A stretch of 63,628 nucleotides of DNA, counting the filler, from Cercozoa sp. M6MM (taxonomy: Eukaryota; Protista; Endomyxa: Ascetosporea), in NCBI GenBank assembly GCA_040357565.1. It is 6 parts of 6 records of this genome, joined end to end, with 100 filler letters (N's around TTAATTAATTAA, not from the genome) between each part and the next. Parts side by side here need not be neighbours in the genome. Positions count along the whole stretch, not along the records: positions 1 to 17,881 come from JBDODJ010000249.1; positions 17,982 to 32,380 come from JBDODJ010000334.1; 4 more parts are not named here. One strand, 5' to 3'. Made by a program: the position numbers and the translations under genes. A model generated the notes under the pieces. It had not been told where the DNA came from, searched no databases, and saw only the letters and a list, made by a program, of their open reading frames with translations. Positions 12,912 to 24,772 of the stretch are shown here, piece by piece (positions within the stretch are counted from its first letter, which is position 1; the number at the start of each line of letters is the position of its first letter).

Positions 12912-13599
12912 ATGGTGTCAGCCCAGGAGAGGAGAAAGCGCCTCGAGCTGCTTCGAAAGCGAGCGCGGGTATGTGTAATTGCTAATTTGTGTGCTTTAGA
13001 GTATCTGGGTTGTGTTTTGTCGCGGAATCCGCATCATTTTTTTCTGTTCTGTGGTTTTTGTGGTTTTGATTGTGAGCCTTCTGTGTATTGGTTTGAGTTA
13101 GTTGTGAGTTTCCGAGTTTTGCTTTGCAGGACGTGGGTGCCGATGTAACCGACGAGGCCCCAGCGCCGAAGCAGGCGCCAGCGCTGCGATTCCGAAACTA
13201 CGTACCCGAAGCCGACGAGCTCGTCAAGCAGGTGCAGACAGTGAAAGACGCCGAAAAGGAGATTTTCGTTCCTTCAACGACGTAAGTGTTGTCTTGCATT
13301 TCTGTGCTTGCTTGTTTTTGTGTGCTTGGCTCAAGTTTGCAACACACAGCGGTACGGAGACCAAGAGAAGTCGCCGCTCGTTCGACGACTTCCTGAAGGA
13401 CGCCATCAAGGCGAGCAAGCAGACGCAGAGCACCGAGGCCGTTCTGGCGGTCAACGCGCGTGCCGTCGACTGGGACCTCGAGCACGAGATGCGTGACTCG
13501 CTGGACGAACTGCAGGCTCGCACCGACGCTGCCATTGTACGTTTCTCGCTCACTGATCGGTGTGCTACTAGCGGTTGCTTTGCCGTGTGTGTGTGCGTT

Positions 13600-13631
<32 letters not shown>

Positions 13632-13824
13632 CGTGCCTGTGCGTGCGTGTGTGTGTGTGCGTGCCTGTGCGTGTGTGTGTGTGCGTGCCTGTGCGTGTGT
13701 GTGTGTGCGTGCCTGTGCGTGTGTGTGTGTATGTGTGTGTGTGTGATTTTTCTGCTTTCTGCAGGCGCGAATCGTGCTGCGACAACAAGAGATCGCGGCT
13801 GAGGCTGCCGAGGAGGAGCAGTAG
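12912..13824 (+). CDS. CWF18: Spliceosomal NTC-related factor Cwf18/CCDC12
   Basis: AQERRKRLELLRKR, LRFRNYVP and VDWDLEHEMRDSLDELQARTDAAI. Stop TAG at 13822-13824. Confidence 0.85.
13585..13745. repeat. Compound (GT)n/(GTGC) microsatellite inside a CWF18 intron
   Basis: Seen directly in the sequence. Confidence 0.9.
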
Positions 13825-14013
13825 CCTGTCGCACAATCGCTCGAGCCTCATGCATCATCGGATGTGGTTAGTTACGTGCGCCTTGTCTCATAGAATACGG
13901 TCGTCAAAAAATAAATGGAACTTAGTAACTGGAACTAGCAAGCTTTGTTTGGACACCCCAAGTCGTATCGTATACGTAGTCGAGTGTAGAGTCCGATAAG
14001 GCATTTGCGGTAT

Positions 14014-15266
14014 TTACATGCCACGCTCGGCAGCCCCGGTGGCGATTCTGGCCGGGTTGTAGCGTCGCACGACATTGTACAGCGTGGTGGTGTCGATGAT
14101 CTTCTCCACCAGCGGCTCGAACGGGGTGGGTGTCACCGGCAGCACGTAGTCGCGCGCCAGCATGCGCGCACGCGACGACATGCGGAAGAACTTGCCGCCA
14201 CCCAGCGTGAACTATACATACACATTGGTGCATCAGACACATAGAAAGCAGGGAGGTAAGAACGTACGTGCTTGAGCGTCTTCTTGGGCGCGTCGGGGCC
14301 GTGCGACGCGTCGGTGGCGTCGGCGAGGTTGTCGAAGCCCGGCAGCTGTCGCACGCGGTCGTAGCGCGACCAGTCGAGCAGACCGGTCTCGTTGGCCACC
14401 TTCTTCTGCAGCTGCAGCAGGCCGTACACGAGCGCCTCGGCCGTCGGCGGGCAGCCCGGCACGTACACGTCGACGGGCACGATGCGGTCGCAGCCGCGCA
14501 CGACGGCGTACGAGTAGTGGTAGTAGCCGCCACCGTTGGCGCAACTGCCCATGGAGACCACCCAGCGCGGCTCCGGAAGCTGATCGTACACCTGGCGCAG
14601 CGGCTGTGCCATCCTGCAAGCAAGCACACCAATCGATGCACACTTGGACACATGCCAAAAGCAGAGACAGCAGGCCAACGCACTTGTTGGTGAGCGTGCC
14701 GGCAACAATCATCACATCCGACTGACGCGGCGACGGACGCATAATGATGCCGAATCTATCGAGATCGTAGCGGCTGCACACCAGTCGCATCCATGTCAGC
14801 ACACGCAGACACCAACAGACACTCTCTAGTCAGCCAAAGCAACAACGTACGCAGCAGCGGCCTGCATCATTTCGACAGCGCAGCACGCGAGGCCGAACGT
14901 CACGGGCCAGAGCGACCACTTGCGCGCCCAGTTCACCACTGCGTCCAGCTTCGTCACCACGAACTCGCCCGAGCTCTCTTCGCCCTGCGGCTTGTTCGGC
15001 GAGTACCTACACCCCAGAAACAAGACACACGATACTCTCAACACCAAGCGCAGCAAAAATAATAAACAACAAAATCTATTGCACTTCACAAAGTCGTCGA
15101 GTGTTTTCTCGGTCTTGACATCAGCAGGCGGCAGGCCGGCCAGACGCCACTGTGGCGTCTCTGTAGCGCACACAAATCAAACCAAACATGCAAGCAAATG
15201 GAAAAAAAAGAACATACGCACACGGCGGCCGTTCACGACCAGTCGTCGAACCAACGATCTCTGCAT
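14014..15266 (-). CDS. NDUFS7: Mitochondrial complex I PSST subunit (NuoB homolog) with a C-terminal extension
   Basis: Arg-rich presequence [11 protein letters not shown], then [96 protein letters not shown]. Confidence 0.96.
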
Positions 15267-15452
15267 GCGCTGGACTTGCCTCACACAGAGTATTGAGGAT
15301 GCCTAGTCTCACAGCGCACGGCCGCACACTTAATTGTTTTTTTAAGGATTTCGTTTCGTGATTGCTCACTCGCACGTTCCATAAGCTGGTGCGCTGTTGT
15401 CAGCAGTGTAGAGAGAAGTGTCGGTTAGGTGGACGGCCTCTCTCTGACACTC

Positions 15453-17805
15453 ATGTTCAATCCACCGGCGCCATCAGTACGATCGCATTACATCATTGGG
15501 CCAGCGCTTTCATCATGTTGGGATGTTTACTGCGTTTGTTTCGTGTATTATTGCTGTCCTTGACGTAGTCCGAAGCAGAAGCGGCCTTTGCGCGGTCGTT
15601 TGCTGCGCAGATGGACGCCAACGCCGTCGGTATCGTCGAGCGTGCCAAGCCTGTGATCAACGCGCTGACAAAGGCATGCGAGGACAAGCACGCGTTTGCT
15701 CGGCAAGTGGTATGGTTTGTACCACTGTCACCTCTTGTTCCTTGCTTCGACTTTTAAGTTGACTTTTAAGTTGAGTTGCTCGATGTTGCTTTAAGTTACT
15801 TTGCATTTGTTGAGTTGAATTGCTTTGCTTTGAGTTGAGTTGAGTTGCTTGGAGTGAGTTGCTATGAGTTGAGTTGAGTTGCTATGAGTTGAGTTGCTTT
15901 GCTTTGAATGCTTTAGGTTGAGTTGAGTTGCTTTGCTTGAGTTGCTTTGGGTTGCGATGTCACTGGTTTGCAACGCAGGTGCACGCACTGGTCACGCGCA
16001 TGCTGCCGTGCTCTGCGACAAGTCGCATGGGCTACCTGTACCTCATGGACAGCATCTGCAAGAACGTACGCGGTGCCTTCGTGAGCGAGTTCCAGGTGCA
16101 CGCCGGCGGTCTGTGGTAGTTGCTTCCTTAACCTACCACACTCGATCTTTCTATTCTGGCTATTCTGGCTATGGCTTGGTTGTGCAGGTTCAGCACATAC
16201 AAGCACGGCGATGCGATGGTGCGCGCGGCTCTGTTGAAGCTGCTGAAGACATGGGAGGTACCTCTCGCCAAGGCATTCTTGTCGCTGGTGTGTTGTGCAC
16301 ATGTGTACTGTGTACAATGTGATGATACCATCTGACAGGAGATGCGACTGTTCGACGTGTCACTCACGCAGAGTCTGCGACAGCGCATCGCATCGCTGCC
16401 TGCGACTGTCCCTGCTGCCCCTGTCTCTGTTGCCCCTGCCGCTGCCCCTGCCCTTGCCCCGGTGGCCCCCACTCCTGTACAGTTCCCAACCAAGGCGACA
16501 CCGAGTGTTGCTCGTCCTGCCGCCCACCCGGCAGCCCTACCAGTCTCATCAGTAGCACCTGCACCAGCGATCGGCACGGTGCGACCACCGCCTGCAGTCG
16601 AATCCTTCCCTGTGAAACGTGCACGTGTCCATGATGTGCCTGTATCCTTGCCTAACTGTACATATATATATATATATATATTTGTATATGTATGGGTATG
16701 CATGCGGACACTGCAGGTATCAAGGATACCTCCACGACTGCCGCCGCGTCTATCCGACCTGCTGGGCCGCCTGGAGACAGAGGTGACCCTGCTGCCGCAG
16801 CTGCGTCCGAGTTTCGAGTCGATGAAGCAGGCGCTCTTCCGCGGCGGCAGCGCCAACGAGCTGCTGGCGGCCTTTGCCATGCAGTTGCGTCGCGCCAAGC
16901 AGGAGCCAAACCTCGCGTCGCAGCTCGACTCGCTGCTGCAGGCCACGACTGTCTCCATGCCTCCTGGCCTGCCTGCTGGCCTGCCTTCTGGCTTGCCTCC
17001 TGGTGTGGCACAGCACCACGTTTCTTCCTCTCAGGTCTCTTCCTCTCAGGTCAGACCACACGTAGACGACGATGACTACCAGATCGAGCAGGCCGATGAC
17101 TATCAGATCGAGGAGGTCCGCACGGACGCCGGCAGCACAGTGGGGGAACGACCGGTGACCCTGCAGAGTCTGGAGCTTCCGCGGAGTTCGGTCATCAAGG
17201 CGCTACACACGCTGCCCTTCCAATGTGACACTTGTGCTCGAAGACACGCCCTGCGAACGTAGCCTTACTTCCTTGTGTCTTTGTCCCTCCTGCCTTTTAT
17301 CCCTGTGTCCCTGTCCCTCCTTCCGTGTCCCTGTGTCCCTGTGTCCCTGTGTCCCTGTGTCCCTGTGTCCCTGTATGCCCCTGCCTTTGTGGACAGCTCG
17401 GCCGAGCAGTGCAGGCGGCGGCACGAGTACCTCAAGCGGCAGACCGACCAGATCGAGGCCGGTGACCGCATGCGTCGCTCGCGACAATGGTTTCTGCCGC
17501 AGGCCGACTGGCAGCGCGACGACGGCGCCGGCGAGGTCTTTGACGACGCCGCTCTGCTCGGCGCCAACGGCAAGAACACTCCACGCAGCAGCGGCGACTC
17601 GGCCGACGACGACGACGACGAGGACGCGCTGCTCAACAACGGCCTCGTGCTTGGCGACGATGACGTTGTTGGCGAGGTGCGCTGCGCCTTGTCGGGCGAC
17701 CTCCTGGAACGACGCTTCCACCACACCACCGAGCAATGGGTGCTCAAGCACGCCGTACGGCTACCCGACGGACGCATCGTTCACCGACGATTTGCTAATC
17801 CCTAG
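15453..17805 (+). CDS. PCF11: Pre-mRNA cleavage factor Pcf11 (CID domain plus two C-terminal zinc-finger regions)
   Basis: CID motifs RAKPVINALT, YLYLMDSICKNV and LLKLLKTW. C-terminal QCDTCARR, SRQWF...DW and EQWVLKHAV...IVH. Divergent from NDUFS7, with about 190 bp between the ATGs. Confidence 0.85.
15765..15955. repeat. Degenerate (TTGAG/TTGCT)n pentamer repeat in a PCF11 intron
   Basis: Seen directly in the sequence. Confidence 0.8.
17300..17375. repeat. (CCCTGTGT)n octamer repeat in a PCF11 intron
   Basis: Seen directly in the sequence. Confidence 0.85.
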
Positions 17806-17881
17806 TCCGGTCACTAAAGAGGGTTTGTTCAGTCTACGAACAATTCTGACACCCAAGCCGACGAGTTCCGTTCTGGCGGCT

Positions 17882-17981
17882 NNNNNNNNNNNNNNNNNNN
17901 NNNNNNNNNNNNNNNNNNNNNNNNNTTAATTAATTAANNNNNNNNNNNNNNNNNNNNNNNNNNNNNNNNNNNNNNNNNNNN
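17882..17981. other. Artificial contig-joining linker (N-TTAATTAATTAA-N, six-frame stop)
   Basis: The same 100-nt linker recurs five times in the window. Confidence 0.97.
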
Positions 17982-18026
<45 letters not shown>

Positions 18027-18080
18027 TGTGTGTGTGTGTGTGTGTCTGGACTCTTTGTACTGTGATACACTTAAACTTAG

Positions 18081-18186
18081 TGACCGTGCGGAAAACGACC
18101 GCATTCTCCAAGTGAACTTCGAGCTGCGACGACTGGCCAGTCGAAGAAAAGAGCCGATAACTCGGCTATCCTTGAGTCGGTACTGA
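18081..18186 (+). pseudogene. Truncated exon of the EEP-family gene (copy A)
   Basis: ENDRILQVNFELRRLA is near-identical at DNA level to about 18556-18625, then diverges and stops. Confidence 0.65.
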
Positions 18187-18546
18187 TATTCAAAGCGGGT
18201 CCTGGTGTTAATATGGTTAGATGGCCGAGCAACGCAACTGGTAGGATTTCCTGGTGACGCCGCCTCTACATTGGCAGGGCCGGACCGGCCGGCGAACTGG
18301 GGTCCGTGGAGGTCAATCTCGACCACCTAAAGTATAAATTTAGATTCAGTACATACACCGGAAACGTACTGCACTGTACAGATGCAGACAATATCAAATT
18401 AAGGGAATGGATTTATTAGTATCAAAGCACCGAGGAAGCGCAGGCGCTTACAACTAGTGCCGAGACGAAAAATCCAGAGCGCAGAAATTAAATCCGAGGC
18501 ATTGCAACGGCGAGACACCAGAACTCTGTGTACTGAATCCACTTAG

Positions 18547-18910
18547 TGACTGTGTGGAAAACGACCGCATTCTCCAAGTGAACTTTGAGCTGCGACGACT
18601 GGCCGGTCAGGGAAAAGAGCCGACGAAAGCCAAATTGCTCGAACAACTGAAGAAGCTGGCGACTCTCGAGTGCGACATCATTTGTGCGCAAGAGATTCCG
18701 ACTGGTTTCTTGCTTCTAGTGTTGCCTGTGTGGCGTGATAGTTCTGTGTGCAGGAGTTCATGACCTCGGTGCTTCCGGCAAGTTCACAGTTAACACGCCG
18801 AACGGTGACGAAAAGTGGATCTACCGTGTCTACGAAGCTGGTGCGTTAGATTGCATTGACGTATAGACTCTGTTCGATGCGGCTGTTTTGTGACTTCAGG
18901 CTACCACGGA
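18547..18910 (+). pseudogene. EEP-family gene fragment (copy B), interrupted by a LINE fragment
   Basis: ENDRILQVNFE...ECDIICAQEIP with the same intron positions as copy C. The third exon runs into RNase H-coding sequence in a different frame. Confidence 0.7.
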
Positions 18911-19730
18911 CCTCAGAACTCAAACCATCTATCTGGCGTGCATGCGGACCCCTCTCAAACAGAGCAGAGATACAACAAGTGTACGCAACTGACGGCAGCC
19001 TTGCCGGAAGCGAAGCAGGCTACGGCTGGACATCAGGAAAACCAGTCAATGGAAGACTAAGATGTGGCAATGGCAAAATCACCAACGCGACTATCTATGA
19101 TGCAGAAAGAGTTGCTATAATGCAATGCATCAAACACGCTTAAGAAAAAGGAGAAACCCGTATCGCACTCCTGATTGACAACAAAGGAACAATCTTGCAC
19201 CTGACAACACCTCAAAAAAAAAACAGAGAGACGAGATTGATGCACTATTGAAGGAACTAACAAAGGACATGCACATCACGGTACACTGGGTACCATCACA
19301 CATCGACATTCACCTCAACGAACTAGCAGACAAAGAAGCAAGGAAAGGAAGGAACAGCCACAACAGACTTGGAAGCTTCAAGTACTACAACTATGCCCAA
19401 ATACCGCGAAAGTGCAATGAATGCAATGCCAGAGGCAGACTCAGGACTCGCAACTGCAAAGGATGCAAACAACGACTACAAAAACGGGAAGTAAAACTTA
19501 AGCGAGTGCCCCGACTGCGCGGGTACCTGGGAAAATGCAGAAGACACTCTCGACACATACCACCGATTGCTGGAATGCAAGGTAACGGAAGCTATCAGAA
19601 ACAGCACCAATGCGGCTCAATGGCGCACAACCGAAGACATACTAGCCAACTTTGAGAACCTAGCAACACTCAACAGCATCAAGGCACCAAGATCTCCTGG
19701 GACGAGGAAGCAACTGTCGAAGGACAACTA
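18900..19730 (+). mobile_element. Degenerate 3' part of a non-LTR retrotransposon ORF2 (RNase H plus Cys/His finger)
   Basis: YATDGS, IYDAERVAI, LLIDNK, HWVPSHIDIHLNELADKEARKG and downstream DTYHRLLEC. In-frame TAA at 19141-19143, a frameshift in the A-run near 19215, and no introns. Confidence 0.85.
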
Positions 19731-19910
19731 GCCTCCCAGCAGGCACTGGACCGAGAGATCCCCGACATAGACTAGGCCACCACTCACAGCAGTGGTGGCC
19801 CCAAGTCTATGTCCGTTTGTATGTTTTGTTTAGGTATCGAGTGGAGAGACGGGAGGACGACGACGGGACGACCGACCCGCCTGCGACGCCTCTCTACTTG
19901 TAGCCCGCTA

Positions 19911-20066
19911 CCTGCACCAATCATGAAGTCGACTTCGGTCTGGGGAACGTCAAAAAGGGAGTTGTATGGTCCTACCCTAAGGGGCGGTAGACACGGCCAT
20001 GCTCTTATGACCCACCCCAGACTGGTGCAGGGGAACTACATAGTTGGTTTCCTCGGAACTAAAACT
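19911..20066 (+). repeat. Structured dispersed repeat (candidate LINE 3' UTR or SINE)
   Basis: Homologous to the reverse complement of 31885-32026. Nested stems CCTGCACCA/TGGTGCAGG, GTCTGGGG/CCCCAGAC and CTACC/GGTAG, plus the palindrome GAAGTCGACTTC. Confidence 0.7.
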
Positions 20067-21395
20067 TACACTGTCGATTTCTCTGTTACGCTCAGCTGTG
20101 TTCTAATTCATCTGCTGGCATACACAGTACTGCCGTCTTTATTGCGGAATCCAACTTTTCAGCTACTAATACACTCGCACCGGACTCACAGTAGCAGCAA
20201 AGCCACTGCTAGTGCCATCTTTATCCGAAACACTAACTTTATTGTGGTCTCGTACGAGCGCCGTGTGTTCCTTTCGCCTTGGTTACTAATCAAAGATGTT
20301 ATACTGTACTATCGCCCCTCGTTTCTCGTGGTAGGCCATCCAGGACCAAACACTTCGGTTTACTTGCCTTCTGCTGAAAGAACTGCGGCGACAGCGACAG
20401 TGGTTGCGGTGCTGCGGCACCTCCACTTGCTATTGGCCCTTAGGTTTCTTTTGAGGAACGACGATGCCGTGCCGCTGTTCTACACGACTGCTATCAGCTA
20501 CTCACTCTACTTTCCGATAGCTAGCTACAGTAGGTCTATCGCACCGAACTACTCGTCTGTAATTACAACAACAATACTGTATTCTCATGTAGGGATACAG
20601 TACCGTGCTGTGTATTGACTGGAATGTAGATTACATCATGGCCTCTTCGGTGTAAACTTAAGTTTACTGTCTCAGCTGTCGGGGCGAGGCCTGAAAAAAC
20701 CTGAGCTCAACACCACGGCAAGCAAACAGCAAGCAGGCGCTCGTGACGTTGTCGTTGGGTGCGCTGGTCGGGAACTCGGGAACACCAAGATCAAGGAGTC
20801 CCTGAACGAAGCGATTCCGCGCTGAATTTCGAAGTACATGGACGCACTGCTTGCACTATGTGCTATGTCTACAGCAACTATTGCAGCCAGCACAGAAGCG
20901 AATCAGAGGGAGAAAGAAGAAGACTCAGAAGATAAGGAAAAGAGGCCAAAAAGTTCTCAAATATTTAAATAACAAACCGAGCTCAACAATAAATTTTAAC
21001 CCAGATATCGATTCATCGTGCACACACAACAACGGCTAGATCTGCCGTGTCTGCTGATACGTTAGACATCAGCAGACTCTACTGTACTAGTAGTGACAAC
21101 TTGGTCCGTTAGAAACTAACCACCGCGCGTCGACAAGTTTGTTTTCCTGTGTTACTGCTGGTGGCGAGATTCTGCCCGTTCACGGTGCAATGCGGCTTAA
21201 TCACGCCGTCTACACAACGTGATCGCGAGTGCGATCATCCTGGCTGTGCTTTTGCTCCCAGTACTTTACAATTTAGGCTCCAGCACTAAGCCGTCTGGCC
21301 GTGCGCTATACAGGACAGTATTCAGTCAGGCTGCCGGTGCTCTCTCCCTTGGTTGACAGCCTTTTTACTTGTTTTACTTTTTGCTTTCAGGCATC

Positions 21396-22806
21396 ATGGA
21401 TCACTGGGTCGTGCCGTTGAGCGAGAAGGTTGCTGGCCGGGATGTGTCCCTGTCTGAGCTCTTGAATAACTTCCACCAACTCGCGCGCGATGCTTTCGGC
21501 GCGCTGTGCGTCCTCCTGCGCTCCGCGCACACTCAGGCCGACCTGCCGAGCGAAACTGGCGAGCGAATCTTGACGCAAGCGACCAGCGTTGCTGCTCTCC
21601 TGTGTCAGCACTCAGAGGAGTCTCTCGATGAGGTTGACGTCGACCTCGTGCGTGCTGTGGTCCTGCTGGCCGACCATCAGTCGCGACCGACACCGGGTCG
21701 CTTGTCACCGCGCGGTTGGTTCATCGTGCCGAATATTGAGAGGGTCGAAAAACCGAGCAGGTTGGAGAAGAAACTTGGTGTCTGTGTTGAGGATTACGAT
21801 TTTTCCGACCTGTTTTCGGAAGAGGTGGCCAGGTTGGTTTTGTTTCAGTGATGTACCAATATGTGTTTTTTGTAACTGTCTCGGCATGCGTGTATTGATA
21901 TGACCCTGGTGTGAACTACGCAGCGTGCAATTCGACCGCGTGCTCCAGGTGAACTTTGAGTTAGAACGCTTGGCAAAGGAAGACAAGAGTTCGACGAGGA
22001 ACACTCTGGTGGGCATACTGAAGAAGCTCGCGACTCAAGAATGTGACATCATTTGTGCGCAAGAGATTCCGATGGGTCTGTTTTCTCTATTGGACAGTGC
22101 TGTTTAACTTTGCTTGGCTCTGTGTTTGTGCTGCTGTTAACAATGACCTGATGGCTGGTTAGGCGTCTACGACGTGCGCACTTACGGAACGTTCACTTGC
22201 GACAACGGCGACGAGTGGGACTTCCGACTGTACAAACACGGTGTTCTTGGTTTGCTCACAACATAATGAGTGCTCCTCGTGCAAGTTTCGTCGTGACCTA
22301 GGCAAACATCGTGACTCTCTGCCTGTACATGTCGACCACAAGGTAAGCGCTGTTTCTGGGCACTAGGTTTGAGTAGCTGTACGTTGTGTATAGCGTTGGC
22401 AGAGAACTTTCGGCGAGGTTGAAGAGGCCGTCCTGTGTGCTGTGCGCAAGTCGGCGTACTCCTTTCTGGACGAAGAGACAGTCGAAAAGCTGCTCCAGAA
22501 GAAACGTCTGGTGTCGCCGTTGACTGATTATCTTCCTGCCAATTCCAGAGGTAAAGTTGTCTCCCGATGAAAATGCAGTTCACTTTGACCTGGTTATCGA
22601 CAGGCGTGGTGGACGTCTTCTTGCGTCGCAAAGACAAATCGATTCTGCACTTTGGCATGATGCACGCCGTGTCGGTACAGGTCCTGCTGCCTTGTTTCCC
22701 TTTAATCCTGAGCTGCCCCCCTTTTTATAGAGCTGGAACCAGTGGTTTAAGCAAGTTAAAGCTATAGACCAAGTGCTGGGTGACACTTGCTGGAAGATGC
22801 GTTCTG

Positions 22807-22871
<65 letters not shown>

Positions 22872-23822
22872 CCTGTGTGTATGTGCTATGTGCTCAGCCT
22901 GGTCCGAGCTGTCCTACGCCTTCATTGTCGGCGACCTCAACACCAAGCTTGATTGCACCGAGGGTTTTTTCACTGAGCGGCTCTCATATCCATCCGTTGC
23001 TTGATTTTGTCGTTTTCGTTTTTTCGTAGACAAGCCAGCTGGGGATAACTTCTGCTTATGGAATTCCAATCGCTCCCTGATCAGCATCAAAGAAACACTG
23101 CATAGTGTGGTGCAATCCCTCTCTTCAATTTGACTCCTGTTTAATGTACCGGTTCTTCCCTTGGCTCAGCGACTGTGCAACCGAACGAAAGACACGATGG
23201 CGAACAGCGATTACGCAGACAGGGTAGCATGGCTGTGGAAAATGTATGGCTGTCGTCTCTTGCCTCCCAAAACCTGTCCTCGTAGTGCTACGACCAGATG
23301 TTGGTGCCACTTTGGTACAGCCGCGTCGAGTTGGCGGTGCCACCAAAGAATCCGAGTGAGAACGAGAACGACAACGTTGCTGATGAGCTGGCCCGTTTGC
23401 CAGCAAGCGTGACAAAGCTCATGAAGAGTTGGAGCGACCACCTGCCGGTGCTGTTCACGGTGCCCGTCTCTCGGACGGAGGTTGTTTCCGCTGCTGAATC
23501 CTTCAAAATGGGTCGTCTGGCAGGACAGATTAAGCTGCTGCGCGAGGTACTGTCGCAGCGGCGCGGAGTTCCTGACGAGGCGCTCAACGTGGACGGCATG
23601 GCGCTCGACATGGCGCTCGCCACTATCGCCAAGATTGTTGCCAAGGGAATCGCACTTGTCCGTGCTAGTGATGTCTCCGAAGACTTTGTTCGCGCTCTGT
23701 CCTCCGTCCGCTTACAAGGTCCGCCCAACTTTTCTTTCAAGTTTTTTAGCGAGAACATGTTCTCACGGTTGGTTTTGTATCAGGCAACCGAACTGAAATT
23801 TAAAGGTTCAGTTAAGTACTAA
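21396..23822 (+). CDS. Divergent EEP (exonuclease-endonuclease-phosphatase, DNase I-like) protein with intact catalytic motifs (copy C); multi-exon
   Basis: RVLQVNF, DIICAQE, FGMMHA, AFIVGDLNTK, CYDQML and WSDHLPV occur in EEP order, with helical N- and C-terminal extensions. The 3' end may instead splice to a stop at about 23803. Confidence 0.8.
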
Positions 23823-24258
23823 GCGATACGAAACGATCTTACAAGCCTATTACGGCAGGACTTCTCCCCAAACGTTACAGTATGGGAACTAGTAACTAAG
23901 GTATTGAAGACGACTGAATAAAGGAAGTAACAAGTCAGTTAGAATCGCGTCGATGCGGAGGATAAGAAGACATACCCTTGTAGACGGAACGGGAAGAGGT
24001 CGTCGAAAGCTCGAAGGCTTGTTGATGGCAATTAAAAAAGAACAGCCCAAGCACTTCACGGCAGCACTACAAGAGCTCCGTAGAAAGAAGCCGGAGAAGA
24101 GATACCCGACCTCCGCTCCAGGAGATACCTAGCAAAACAAATCCTTCACTATTAACCATACTAGTTCAGATTTGATCGTCCGCGCTGACGAGTAGTCAGA
24201 TGACAACTTGAGACACGATCGGATCATCGCATCGGATCTTCAGGCTGACCGACCTGCG

Positions 24259-24700
24259 CTACAAAAGGCCAAGCTCGCGCAGAAAGGCCGAGCTTTCAGC
24301 AACGCCCTGAAGGTGCGCGAGCGCGTGTTCGGGGGTAATGTCGTCAATCTTGAGGGCGTCCGAGTCTGCGGAAAGTCCGTACCGCTGCGACAATGCCTGC
24401 ACCTGACGGGCAAGGCGACTGTGAATGTCATGGGCAATGTGATTGCCGTTGTCACTGGTGTTCTCGCTGTCGTCGTTGGTCATGCCATTCGAATCGGTCG
24501 AAGTGCTCGCCGCGGCACTTGTGACAGCAGCCGACTTGGAAAGCGCACGCGCCGCGACTGGTATGGTGTACAACACTGGTCGAAGGTCACCGACGAGCCA
24601 CTTGGAGGTAAACTCTTTTTCGTCGGAGACCACACCGGGCAGCTGCTTGGGCGCCAGCATCTGGGACAATTGTTGTGAGAGAGAGACAACACACGCACAT

Positions 24701-24772
<72 letters not shown>

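Noticed and set aside
13198-13999. ORFs with HTHTHT/CVCVCV tracts (here and near 22.8, 39.5, 52.5, 57.8, 60.0, 61.4 and 63.3 kb) as metal-binding proteins
   Set aside because: They are translations of intronic (CA)n/(GT)n microsatellites.
17926-17937. Recurring palindromic TTAATTAATTAA motif
   Set aside because: It is always embedded in a 100-nt N block, so it is an artificial six-frame-stop linker. Gene neighbourhoods across these linkers are not biological.
19141-19143. In-frame TAA in the RNase H domain as evidence of stop-codon reassignment
   Set aside because: The same element has frameshifts, and host genes end normally in TAA (nadC, NDUFS7), TAG (CWF18) and TGA (kinase).
19809-20618. 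269-aa ORF as a gene
   Set aside because: No recognisable motif. It overlaps the structured repeat and TE-like sequence and has no introns, unlike local genes.
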